From positions 15,624,001 to 15,688,000 of the forward strand of contig CM059449.1 of the NCBI GenBank assembly GCA_030390025.1: 64,000 bases of DNA. Direction: 5' to 3'. Positions within the stretch are counted from its first letter, which is position 1. Every line of letters begins with the position of its first letter. Positions 51,313 through 63,639 of the stretch are shown piece after piece. The position numbers and the translations under genes were made by a program. The notes under the pieces are model-generated. The model did no database searches. It was not told the origin of the DNA and saw nothing but the letters and a program-made list of their open reading frames with translations. The DNA is from Squalus acanthias. Lineage: Eukaryota.

Positions 51313-54147
51313 TATGAATTAGCTGCGCAAATAGAGGTAAACGAATATGATTTGATTGGGATTACTGAAACATGGCTCCAGGGTTGCCAAGGCTGGGATC
51401 CAGCGGTACTCAGTATTCAGGAAAGATAGGCAAAAACGAAAAGGAGGTGGGGTAGCATTGCTGGTTAAAAAGGGCATTAACACAATTGAAAGGAAGGATA
51501 TTAGCTCTGATGATGTGGAATCTGTATGGGTTGAACTGAGAAATAACAAGGGGCAGAAAACGTTAGTGGGAGTGGTATATGGACCTCCAAACAGTAATGC
51601 GGAGGCTGGGGATGGCATTAAAAGGGAAATTAGAGAAGCGTGCAATAAGGGCACTGCAGTCATCATGGGTGACTTTAATCTACATAGAGATTGGGCTAAC
51701 CAAATTAGTAACAATACTATGGAGGAGGAATTCCTGGAGTGTTTACGGGATGGTTTCCTGGACCAATATGTCGAGGAACCAACTAGACATCAGGCCATCT
51801 TAGACTGGGTATTATGCAATGAGAAAGGGTTAATTAGCAATCTTGTTGTGCGAGGCCCCTTGGGTCGGAGCGATCATAATATGATAGAATTCTTCATTAG
51901 GATGGAGAGTGAAGCAGTGAATCAGAGACTAGGGTCCTGAATTTAAATAAAGGAAACTACGATGGTATGAGGTGTGAGTTGGGTAGGATTGATTGGGGAA
52001 TGTCACTCAAAGGGTTGACGGTGGATAGTCAATGGCAAACATTCAAAGACCGCATGGAGAAACTACAGAATTTGTTCATCCCAGTTTGGCATAAGAATAA
52101 AACAAAAAGGGTGACTCAACCGTGGCTAACAAGGGAAATTAGGGATATATAAGAATCAAGGAGAGGGCATATAAATTGGCCAGAAAAAGCAGTAACCCTG
52201 AGGATTGGGAGCAGTTTAAGATTCAACAAAGGAGGACAAAGGGATTTATTAAGAAGGGAAAAATAGAATACGAGAGTAAGCTTGCTGGGAACATAAAAAC
52301 TGACTGTAAAAGCTTTTATAGATATGTGAAGAGAAAAAGATTAGTGAAATCAAGCATAGGTCCCTTGCAGTCAGAATCAGGGGCACTTATAATGGGGAAC
52401 AAAGACATGTCAGCCCAATTAAATAGATATTTTGGTTCTGTCTTCACAAAGCAGGACACAAATAACCTCCCAGAGATGTTGGGGAACATAGGGTCTGATG
52501 AAAGGGAGGAACTGAAATAAATCAGTATTTGTAGGGAAATGGTGTTCGGGAAATTGAAGGGATTGAAGGCCGATAAATCCCCAGGGCCTGATAATCTACA
52601 TCCCAGGGTACTTAAGGAAGTGGCCCTAGAAATAGTAGATGCATTGCTGATCATCTTCCAACATTCGATGGAATCTCAAACAGTACCCATGGATTGGAGG
52701 GTAGCTAATGTTACCCCACTATTCAAAAAGGGTGGTAGAGAGAAAACGGGGAATTACAGACCCGTAAGCCTGACATCGGTAGTGGGGAAAATGCTAGAGT
52801 CCATTATAAAAGATGTAATAGCTGATCACTTGAAAAACAGTGACAGGATCGGACAAAGTCAACATGGATTTACAAAAGGTAAATCATGCTTGACTAATCT
52901 ACTGGAATTTTTTGAGGATGTAACTTGTAAAATAGATAAGGGAGAACCAGTGGATGTGGTGTATTTCGACTTCCAAAAGGCTTTTGATAAGGTCCCGCAT
53001 AAGAGATTAGCGTGTAAAGTTAAGGCACATGGGATTGGGGGCAAGGTATTTACTTGGATAGAGAACTGGTTGGCAGACAGAAAGCAAAGAGTTGCAATAA
53101 ACGGGTTTTTTTCCGAGTGGCAGGCAGTGACTAGTGGGGTACCGCAGAGATCGGTCCTTGGACCCCAGCTATTCACAATATATATTAATGATCTAGACAA
53201 GGGAACTAGATGTAATATCTCCTAGTTTCCAGACGACACAAAACTGGGTGGGCGTGTGTGCTGTGAGGAGGATGCCGATAAACTCCAGGATGATTTGGAC
53301 AGGTTGGGTGATTGGGCAGAAGCGTGGCAGATGCAATATAACGTGGAAAAATGTGAGGTTATGCACTTTGGTGTCAAAAACAGAAAGGCAGATTATTATC
53401 TGAATGGCAATAGATTGGGAGAAGGGAAAGTGCAACGAGACCTGGATGTCCTTGTGCACCAGTCGCTGAAGGTAAGCATGCAGGTGCAGCAGGTGGTTAA
53501 GAAGGCAAATGGTATGTTGCCCTTCGTAGCGAGAGGGTTTGAGTACAGGAACAAGGATGTCTTGCTGCAGTTGTACAGGGCCTTGGTGAGACCACACCTT
53601 GAGTACTGTGTGCAGTTTTGGTCGCCTTATCTGAGGAAGGATGTTCTTGCCATGGAAGAAGTTCAGCGAAGATTCACAAGGCTGATACCTGGGATGGCAG
53701 GAATGACGTATGAAGAGAGATTGGGTCGATTGGGCTTATACTCGCTGGAGTTTAGAAGAATGAGAGGGGATCTCATTGAAACTTATAAATTTCTGACAGG
53801 ACAGGACAAACTAGAAGCAGGAAGAATGTTCCCGATGGTCGGGGAGTCCAGAACCAGGGGTCACAGTCTAAGGATAAGGGGTCAGCCATTTAAGACAGAA
53901 ATCAGGAGGAATTTCTTCACCCAGAGAGTGGTGAACCTGTGGTATTCTCTGCCACAGAAGGCAGTAGAGGCCAATTCATTAAGTAGATTCAAGAAGTAGT
54001 TGGATATATTTCTTAAGGCTAAAGGGATCAAGGGATATGGGGAGAAAGCAGGGACAGGGTACTGAATTTGGATGATCAGCCGTGATCGCATTGAATGGCG
54101 GAGCAGGCTACTCCTGCTCCTATCTTCTATGATTCTATGATTCTATG
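51313..54147 (+). mobile_element. Near-complete CR1 ORF2 (APE endonuclease + RT) with stops and frameshifts, intronic in gene C
   Basis: ORFs 51356-51940 (GDFN, SDH), 52539-53225 (SCLTNL, DFQKAFDKV) and 53256-53999; (ctatgatt)n tail. Confidence 0.95.
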
Positions 54148-54155
54148 GTAGTTTC

Positions 54156-54700
54156 ATAGAAACATAGAAACATAGAAAATAGGTACATGAGTAGACCATT
54201 CGGTCCTTCGAGCCTGCACCGCCATTCAATGCGTTCATGGCTGAACATGCTACCTCAGTACCCCATTCCTGCTTTCTCGCCATACCCCTTGATCCCCATA
54301 GATGTGAGTGTTATATCTAACTCCCTTTTGAATATATTTAGCGAACTGGCCTCAACAACCTTCTGTGGAAGAGAATTCCATAGATTCACCACTCTCTGGG
54401 TGAAGAAGTTCCTCCTCAGCTCAGTCTTAAATGGCTTCCCCTTAATCCTTAGACTGTGACCCCTGGTTCTAGTTTTCCCTAACATTGGGAACATTCTGCC
54501 CGCATCTAATTTGTCTAAACCAGTCAGGATTTTAAATGTCTCTAAAAGATCCCCCCTCATTCTTCTGAACTCCAGAGGATACAAGTTCAGTTGACCCAAT
54601 CTTTCTTGATATGTCAGACCGGCCATCCCAGGAATCAATCTAGTGAACCTTCGCTGCACTCCCTCAATAGCAAGAATGTCCTTCCTTAAGTTAGGAGACC
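54156..54700 (-). mobile_element. CR1 3' fragment, tail-to-tail with the preceding element
   Basis: (catagaaa)n and ORF 54255-54659. Confidence 0.85.
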
Positions 54701-55390
54701 ATTGCTGATACTAGCTTTTTATTCCAGATTTATTCAATTATTTCAATTTAAATTCCCCAGCTGCCATGGTGGGATTTGAACCCATGTCCTCGGATCATTA
54801 GCCCAGGCCTCTGGATTACTAGTCTAGTAACATAACAGGGTCGATGCTGCGGGATGTTTCCCCTGGCTGCTGAGCCTAGAACAATGGTCACAGTCTCAGA
54901 ATAAAGGGTCAGCCATTCAGGACTGAGATGAGTAGAAATGTCTTCACTCAGAGAGTTGTGAATCTTTGGAATTCTTTACCCCAGAGGGCTATGGAGGCTC
55001 AGTCTTTGAGCATATTCAAGGCTGAGATCGTTAGATATTTGGACTCTAAGGGAATCAAGGGTTATGGGGCTGGGGCAGGAAGGTGGAGTTGAGGTGGAAG
55101 ATCAGCCATAATCATATTCAATGACGGAGCAGGCTTGAAGGGCCGAATGGCCTACTCCAGCTCCTATTTCTTATGTTCTTATAACCACGATGCTACCGTC
55201 CGCCCTTAGTAAATTTTAACACTTTCGCCATCACCTTTTATTCCCACGGCCCTCGAACCTGCACGCTTACAACGGTCAGTGATATATTGAAGTGCAGATC
55301 ACTCTTCTCTTTATCTCTCTATTTAATTGATGTGCATTTAGATATTCAATCCACTGACATCTTTTTCCCTTTTCCGTTTTGATCTCAAAG

Positions 55391-55425
55391 CAATATTGCG
55401 CCTTGCAGTAACATTATTTTTAATG
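55391..55425 (+). CDS. NCR3-like: Gene C micro-exon, 35 nt, NIAPCSNIIFN
   Basis: Pyrimidine tract ending caaag|, G|gtgagt donor, phase 2 to 1. Confidence 0.6.
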
Positions 55426-55647
55426 GTGAGTATTAGTTATATGCATTTAACTGTTCGATTTTCTAAATAGTCCTTGAAGCAATTTTTTTTAATGAGCAAT
55501 TATTGTTAGTAAAGGACTTCAGTAGTTTCGCTGATTTTTATTGCTGGATGGACATAAGAGGTGCATACAATTTTAAACTCGTTTCACAGTCTCAAATGTC
55601 TTGTTTGCATCAAAGGAAACCTTAATTTTCGGCTTTTGTTCCCACAG

Positions 55648-55669
55648 AGTTAGCTCCACAAGCATTAAG
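55648..55669 (+). CDS. NCR3-like: Gene C micro-exon, 22 nt, ELAPQAL(R)
   Basis: ttttgttcccacag|, AG|gttggt, phase 1 to 2. Confidence 0.65.
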
Positions 55670-55756
55670 GTTGGTTGGTGGTTATGAGGGTGACGCATTT
55701 TTTTAATTACCTGGATTTTTGTTTCAGCTATGTGATTGTATCTTTTCTCTTGCTAG

Positions 55757-55806
55757 ATCCTGGATGGACATCGCTGGTTCCGCCTATGATGAAATTAATC
55801 CAGCTG
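55757..55806 (+). CDS. NCR3-like: Gene C micro-exon, 50 nt, SWMDIAGSAYDEINPA (ITIM-like SAYDEI)
   Basis: ttttctcttgctag|, G|gtgagt, phase 2 to 1. Confidence 0.7.
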
Positions 55807-56549
55807 GTGAGTGACGCACCTGCAGCGCAGTTAACCTGCTCCTCAATGGACCGGTTGCTTCAGAGCCTACATGCACTGCCCGGTGTACTCCTGAGGCACC
55901 AGTGCCAGAGAGATCCCATGGTTGGAGCCATGAGATGTGCCGAACTAACTGATCCTACTCTGGCTGGTGATTGGGTGCTACCGTCGCCGGGATTTTAATC
56001 GGGAGCCTGGTTGGGTGCAGGGCAGAAAGACTGGCTGGGAGCTGTGAGGTGGGAGGTATCAGGTGCGGGCCGGAGGTGAGGTTGGGTTGTCGGGGGCCGG
56101 AGGAGGATTGGGGAGGAGGGAGGGAAGCATCGGGGCCGGAGCGTCGAGGAGGTGAGGGAGAGAAGATCGGGGCAGGAGCATTGGGTGGGGGGTGGTGTGG
56201 ACAGGGAAAGATTATCGGAGCCGGAGCATCAGGGGAGAAGGGAGAGAACATCGGGGCTGCAGCCTGGGGGCAAGGGGGGATCGGGAGAAAACATCTGGGG
56301 GTGGGGGTGGGGGGGAGAGGTGGGATCTGCTTGCACCATCTTTTCAGGTCGTGCTTTCCCTATCATAACAACTCACTGCATAAAAAATTCTCCTGAACTC
56401 CCCTCTGGTACTTTTGCCAATTATCTTGAATCGGTATCCTCTGGTTACCGACCCTCCCACCAGTGGAAACGGTTTCTTGTAGTCGAACTGTTTTTAAAAA
56501 GATTGCATTAACGTTACAAAGCTTTCATGGTGAACTTTTACTTTTGTAG

Positions 56550-56571
56550 ATGTTCCTCCACCAATGGGAAG
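56550..56571 (+). CDS. NCR3-like: Gene C micro-exon, 22 nt, DVPPPMG(R)
   Basis: cttttgtag|, AG|gtcggt, phase 1 to 2. Confidence 0.65.
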
Positions 56572-56673
56572 GTCGGTAAATCTCAGAGTTAACGTTTCCT
56601 ACATCTTTTATGCTAATTGCTCTGTAACTCTGCAGTAACACTCATTTTCTCTTATTTGTTTGTCGTCCCGAAG

Positions 56674-56708
56674 GAATGAGCCGTTCTGTGATGAAACTAA
56701 CTTGGATG
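56674..56708 (+). CDS. NCR3-like: Gene C micro-exon, 35 nt, NEPFCDETNLD
   Basis: gtcccgaag|, G|gtgagc, phase 2 to 1. Confidence 0.65.
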
Positions 56709-58285
56709 GTGAGCACCACCGATTAAAGAATCATTTAACAAGATTCAATAAGGCTTCAGTATTATACTTGTGTAAATAGCTCAGGATCAAACTCAGTAGC
56801 TTGGTGTTTGCTATTTTTTAAAATATTCGTTCTTTGGATGTGGGCATCACTGGCAAGGCCAGCATTTATTGCCCATCCCTAATTGCCCTTGAGAAGGTGG
56901 TGCTGAGCCGCCTTCTTGAACCGCTGCAGTCCGTGTGCTGAAGGTACTCCCACAGTGCTGTTAGGGAGGGAATTCCAGGATTTTGAGACAGCGACGATGA
57001 AGGAACAGTGATATACTTCGAAGTTAGGATGGTGTGTAACTTGGAGGGTAACTTGGAGGTGATGGTGCTCCCATACGCCTGCTGCCCTTGTCCTTCTATG
57101 TGTTACAGTTCGCGGGTTTGGGAGGTACTGCCGAAGAAGCCTTGGCGAGTTGCTGCAGTGCATCTTGTAGATGGTACACACTGCAGCCACGGTACACTGG
57201 TGGTGGAGGGAGTGAATGTTTAAGGTGGTGGATGCGATGCCAATCAAGTGGGTTGCTTTTTCCTGGATGGTGTCGAGCTTCTTGAGTATTGTTGGAGCTG
57301 CACTCATCCAGCCAAGTGGAGAGTATTCCATCACACACCTGACTTGTGCCTGGTAGATGGTGGAAAGGCTTTGGGGAGTCAGGAGGTGCGACACTCGCCT
57401 CAGAATACAGTACCCCTGCCCTGCTCTTGTAGCCACATTATTTATGTGACTGGTCCTGTTAAGTTTCTGGTCAATGGTGACACCCCCAGGATGTTGATGG
57501 TGGGGGATTCAGCTATGGTAATGCCGTTCAATGTCAAGGGGCGGTGGTTAGAGTCTCGCTTGTTGGAGATGTAATATTCTTCAGCTTGTGCTGTTGGACA
57601 CGGGGCAATTTTAACCGAACCCGACCATCGGGAAACTGACGAGAGCGGGTGCAACGCCGGCATTACACGCCGCTCGATTTTACTCTCCAGTGAAGTCAGT
57701 GGAGGGTAATATGGGGCAGGGGGTGTAAAACCGGAGTTCCACCCGATCCCGTGGGTTTTCCTGGCCGGCCTTAGGTTAAAATTACCCACGGTATTAGCAG
57801 TGAGACTGCTGGAGCGCTATTGAGTTACAGCACCGGTTAGGAGGAGCGTAGAGTCCCCCCTGCACCGTACTGATGCTATACTTTAGCCACAATCTCTGAA
57901 GAATACCTTTTATTGCTTCAGTATGACATCGCTTTTGATTTGTTGGGGCAGCTACACATCATCCGTTTAATGCTTCATTATATTCAGTTCAACAACGCCC
58001 GCTGGATGCTGGATGTCCTAAACTATCTTTACACATTGCCCCTCTAGACAGGGATAAAGGGCACCCTCACCCGGCAGTTAGAGTTGGAATGAAACTGGTC
58101 GCATAATGAAATGGGAGCCGACTGCATTGAAACCTTCCCACTCCCACTCCCCTTTGATAAACAATTATTAATTATTATTGAAAAATGATAAAAACCAAGA
58201 CGCAGTTCAGAATGCAGCTGTGCTAAACACAGTCTCAGATATAACAGAGTTACGAATTTCTTGTTTGTTCATTGTCTTTCCACAG

Positions 58286-58307
58286 ACTTCTCTCCACCTT
58301 TGCAATG
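58286..58307 (+). CDS. NCR3-like: Gene C micro-exon, 22 nt, DFSPPLQ(C)
   Basis: gtctttccacag|, TG|gtgcgt, phase 1 to 2. Confidence 0.65.
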
Positions 58308-58384
58308 GTGCGTAGATATCACTGTGACATTTTGCTGCCTTTATTTTCATGGCACGTACCGCGTGTCCTCCCTTTGTGGTTCAG

Positions 58385-58418
58385 TGATGAAGAGGTCTAT
58401 GCCAAAATCCACCGCATG
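58385..58418 (+). CDS. NCR3-like: Gene C micro-exon, 34 nt, DEEVYAKIHRM (3' boundary uncertain)
   Basis: ctttgtggttcag| acceptor in phase 2, YxxI motif. The only donor-like site is non-canonical (TG|gcaagg); otherwise the frame reads on to TAG at 58502. Confidence 0.55.
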
Positions 58419-58496
58419 GCAAGGATTGTTACAGTGTCTTACTTACAAGCTACTATTGTCTATATTAGCCTTTTATTTATGCGACATTCATTACTC

Positions 58497-61034
58497 CGAT
58501 AGAGATAGAGGAACAGATATGTAGGCAAATCTCAGAGAAGTGTAGAAATAATAGGGTAATAATAGTAGGGAATTTCAACTTCCCCAATATTAACTGGGAT
58601 AGTCTGAGTGTGAAAGGCTTAGAGGGTGTGGAATTCTTAAGTGCATCCAGAAGAGCTTTTTGAGCCAGCATGTAGAAAGTCCTACAAGAGAGGGGCGGTA
58701 CTGGACCTAATTCTAGGGAATGTAGCCGGGCAAGTGATAGAAGTGTCAGTAGGAGAGCATTTTGGTGACAGTGACCATAATTCGGTGAGATTTAAGGTAG
58801 TCATGGAAAAGGGCAAAGATGGACCGGAAATTAAATTTATAAATTCGGGGAAGGCCGATTTTAATATGATAAGGCTGGATCTGGCCAAAAGTGGACTGGC
58901 ATCAGCTACTTGTAGGAAAATCCACATCAGAGCAGTGGGATTCTTTCAGAAAGGAAATAGAGAGTACAACGCCAACATGTTCCCGTGAAGGTCAATGTTG
59001 GGACCAACAAGCCCAGGGAACCCTGGATGTCAAGGGAAATACAAGAATGGATTCGGAAAAAGAGAGGCTTTTGGCAGATACAAAGGACTAAAAACAGTGG
59101 AAGCCCTAGAGGAGTATAGAAAGTGCAGGGGGGTACTTGAAAAAGAAATTAGGAGAGCGAAGAGGGAGCATGAAAAAACACTGGCGGGCAAAATAAAGGA
59201 AGGACCCAAGTTGTTTTATAAGTATATTAAGGACAAGAGGATAACCAGGGAAAGAGTAGGGCCCATTAGGGACCAAAGTGGCAATCTGTGTGTAGAGCCG
59301 GAAGATGTAGGTGAGGTTTTAAATGAATATTTTTCATCTGTGTAAACTATGGAGAAGGACGATGTAGGCATAGAAATCAGGCAGGGGGATTGTGATATAC
59401 TTGAACAAATTAGTATTGAGTGGGAGGAGGTACTAGCGGTTTTAGCGGGCTTATAAATGGAAAAATCCCCAGACCCAGACGAGATGTATCCCATGCTGCT
59501 TTGTGTGACAAGGGAGGAGATTGCAGGGGCTCTGACACAAATTTTCAGAACCTCTCTGGCCACAGGGGAGGTGCCAGAGGAATGGAGGACAGCCAACGTA
59601 GTACCATTATTCAAGAAGGCTAGTAGGGATAAACCAGGAAATTACAGGCCAGTGAGCCTAACATCAGTGGTAGAGAAATTATTGGAAAAAAATCTGAGGG
59701 ACAGAATTAGTCTCCACTTGGAGAGGCAAGGATTAATCAAGGATAGTCACCATGGCTTTGTCATGGGGAGATCATGTCTAACCAATTTGATTGCGTTTTT
59801 CGAGGGGGTAACTAGCTGTGTGGATGAGGGTAGTGCAGTTGATGTAGTCTACATGGACTTCAGTAAGGCTTTTGACGAAGTCCCGTATGGGAGACTGGTC
59901 AAGAAGGTACGAGCCCATGGGGTCCAGGGCAATTTGGCACATTGGATCCAAAATTGGCTCAGTGGCAGGCGGCAGAGTCTGGTGGTCGAAGGTGTTTTTT
60001 GTGACTGGAAGTCTGTGTCCAGTGGTTTACTGCAGGGATCGGTGCTGGATCCTTTGCTGTTTGTAGTGTACATTAATGATTTAGATATGAATGTAGGAGG
60101 TATGATCAGTAAGTTCGCAGATGACACGAAAATTGGTGGAGTGGTAAATAGCGAGGAGGTAAGCCTCAGGGTACACGATGATATAGACGGATTGGTCAGA
60201 TGGGCAGAACAGTGGCAAATGGAATTTAACCCTGAAAAGTGTGAGGTGATGCATTTTGGGAGTACTAACAAGGCAAGGGAATACACAATGAATGGTAGGA
60301 CGCTAGGAAGATCAGAGGATCAGAGTGAACTTGGTGTGCATGTACATATATCCCTGACGGCAGCAGGACACGTAGATAAGGTGGTTAAAAAGGCATATGG
60401 GATACTTGCCTTCATTAGCCCAGGCATAGAATATAAGAGCAGGGAGGTTATGATGGAGCTGTACAAAACGCTTGTTAGGCCACAGCTGGAATACTGTGTG
60501 CAGTTCTGGTCGCCACACTATAGGAAGGATGTGATTGCATTGGAGAGGGTGCAGAGGAGTTTCACCAGGATGTTACCTGGGTTGGAGCGCTTCAGCTATG
60601 AAGAGAGACTGGACAGGCTGGGGTTGTTTTCCTTAGAGCAGAGAAGGCTGAGGGGGGACGTGATTGAGGTGTACAAAATTATGATGGGCATAGATAGGGT
60701 CGATAGAAAGGAACTTTTCCCTTAGTAGAGGGGTCAATAACCAGGGGGCATTGTTTCAAGGTAAGGGGCAGGAGGTGTAGAGGGGATTTGAGGAAAAAGT
60801 TTTTCACCCAGACGGTGGTTGGAATCTGGAACTCACTGCCTTAGAGGGTGGTAGAGGCAGGAACTCTCACAACATTCAAGAAGCCTTTAGATGAGCACTT
60901 GAAACGCCATAGCATACAAGGCTACGGACCAAGTGCTGGAAAATGGGATTAGAATAGACAGGGCTTGATGGCTGGCGCGGACACGATGGGCCGAAGGGCC
61001 TCTTTCTGTGCTGTAAAACTCTATGACTCTATGT
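58497..61034 (+). mobile_element. CR1 LINE, 5'-truncated ORF2 with a 422-codon uninterrupted RT stretch
   Basis: ORF 59457-60725 (NYRPVSL, DFSKAFD, QGSVL, KFADD); upstream frameshifts and stops; ctctatga tail. Confidence 0.95.
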
Positions 61035-61164
61035 CTCCGGCTTGCATTAAACCACGATAAGGGCCACTCCCTTAATATAAATAACAATAACCCTATGGCT
61101 ATAATTAACGTGAAAAAACTCCCACATATTAGAGTGTACTTCTAATATTGTACCGACTGTGTTA

Positions 61165-61870
61165 TGAGAATCATTGAAAGTTAACATGCAGGTAAAGCAA
61201 GCAATTAGGAAAGCAAATGGTACGTTGGCCATTATTACAAGAGGATTTGAGTATAAGTGTAAAGACGTCTCACTGCAATTATATAGGGCGCTGGTGAGAC
61301 CACACCTGTAGTATTGTGGACAGTATCTGTCTCCTTACCAAAGGAAGGATATACTTGCCATAGAGGGAGTGCAACCAAGGTTCACCAGGCTGGTTCCTGG
61401 GATGGGGGAATTGTCCAATGAAGAGAGATTGAGTAGACTAGGCCTATATTCTCTAGAGTTTAGAAGAATGAGAGGTGATCTCATTGAAACATACAAAGTT
61501 CTTGCAGGGCTTGACAGGGTAGATGCAGGGAGGATGTTTCCCCTGTCTGGGGAGTCTAGAAACAGGGGTCACAGTCTCAGAACAAGGGGTCGGCCATTTA
61601 GGACTTAGATGAGGAGAAATTTCTTCACTCTGAGGGTGAGGAATCTTTGGAATTCTCTACCCCAGAGGGCTTTGGAGGCTCAGTCTTTGAGTATATTCAA
61701 CACAGAGATCGATAGATTTTTGAATATAAAGGGATCAATGGATATGGGGATAGTGCAGGCAAGTGGAGATGAGGTAGAAGATCGGCCATGATCTGATTGA
61801 ATGGCGGAACAGGATCGAAAGGCCAAATGGCCGACTCCTGCTCCTATTTCTTATCTTCTTATGTTATTAT
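61165..61870 (+). mobile_element. CR1 LINE 3' fragment
   Basis: ORFs 61369-61608 and 61609-61791; cttatgtt-type tail. Confidence 0.85.
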
Positions 61871-63639
61871 GTCTCCTTCCGTATGAAAAAATAAGGTACT
61901 TTTCCTGTTCGCTATATTAACGGTCGGATTTGCTGTGTAACCAGACCACATGCTTTTGGCTATAAACTTTATGCACAGTGAATGTTTTCATACTGCCATT
62001 AAATTTTGTGCGATTATTTTGCTCTTCGTCCCGAGCCATACTTTCGATTTCCTGCAAAGTTGCTTCCTGGAACCGTCCTTTAAACATGTAACAACAGTCA
62101 AATGTTCAGATCCGAATGTTCTCTTTGTTGTCAGATATTATAGAGATGGTTCGCTCCGTAGATTTTAACTGGGTGCTTTGTAAACTTACAGTTACTGAAA
62201 TTCAGACATAGAATGTATTTATTGTTTCTGTAGAAAACCCCCATGTCAGGTAAAAACGAAAAACTCCTCAGAGCGAAAAATGCCACTTTTGAACTCACTA
62301 TAAAAGCTTATATATTTTTGAAAAAAGGGAAATCCATTAGGCAAACCGAGCCACTGTCCCCTATTGTGAGACAAATCCAACCTAACAACAACTACTTGCA
62401 TTGATATAGCGCCTTTTATACAGTAAAACGTCCCACAGTCTTCACAGGAGCGATTATCCATCAAAATTTGACACCGAGTCATATATTAAGACAGAGGTAG
62501 GCTTTAATGAGTGTCTTAAAGGAGAATAGCGAGGTGCAGAGGCTTAGGAAGGGAATTACAGAACTGAGGACCCAGCCAGCTGAAAGCCTTCTCATCCAAT
62601 CGCTTAATCCACTATCTCTCTGGAAGCGCATTTAACAGTGGTCTTGCAGTACGGCAGCCTCAGCTAAGCAAAACAGTTCGCGGTACCCTTGGATGTGACA
62701 GCAGCAGTGGAGCTTGGGGACCAAGCTGTCAGTCAGAATACAATTATACTGAGGCAACCAGGTGTGAGACCACCTCTAGCAAAGGGACGAGCATGACCAA
62801 TCCGCTTCATAATCTCGCAAACATGAGCGCCATTCTCTTGAAATCTCCTCTCCTCCTAAGAAAAACATAGCCAAACTCTATAACTTTCCTTGATAACATA
62901 TTATTCAGTTTGTTCCTGAACTGTTTCCCTTTTCCTTAAGACGCTTCTTATTTGCATACCGCTCCATGAGTGATGGCCGTCCTCCAGTAACTCGGCCAAG
63001 TGGCCATTGTACATATATGAACATCGACCGTGAATTTAACAAGCCGATCCTGTAATCAGCAAAGTCCCACACGCATGCCATTTCTATTACATGGTCGATG
63101 AAGATCCAATGAGTACACGAAATCTAGCTAATGCTCCATCCCTAACCCAGTGGCGTTGAACCACCTCTCCCCAACACTTGCCGAACTCTACTACTCTCCT
63201 TTTGCCTTGCACCATCTCTTAATGTCTCTTAATCTTCCTGCCTTCCATCTAGAGCCATCTTTTGTTTCTTAACTTGTCCCATCACCATCTCTTTTGCCTT
63301 GCACCATCTCTTAATCTCTCTTAATCTCTTTTGTCTTCCATCCTATTACAGACCTTCCCTTTTGTTCTTTCCTCCCCTCCCCCCTTTCCCTGCCCCTGCA
63401 CTTATTTAAAAACCTGTTCTATCTTCAGCTTTTTCCAGTTCTGACGATGGGTCATCGACCTGCAACGTTAACTCTGTTTCTCTCTCCACAGATGCTGCCT
63501 GACGTGCTGAGTATTTCCAGCAGTTTTCTGTTTTTATTTCAACTAAAGTGTTGCTTGCTTGTTCTGTGCAGCTCCTCTACTCAATGGACTCACGCCTTTG
63601 AGGCATGGGGGAGCGTTTATCCTTAAAAAAGGAAATCAC

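Noticed and set aside
55955-56511. Gly/Pro-rich ORFs
   Set aside because: Low-complexity G-rich intronic sequence running into a CR1 remnant; no splice or start support.
59457-60725. 422-aa RT ORF as an active or domesticated gene
   Set aside because: It is part of a 5'-truncated CR1 with stops and frameshifts on both sides.
62135-62249. Possible further gene C micro-exons (14 nt at 62135, 16 nt at 62234), and similar candidates for gene B near 33407-33422 and 33859-33872
   Set aside because: Splice-like sites are present, but I could not link them in phase to the supported exons.
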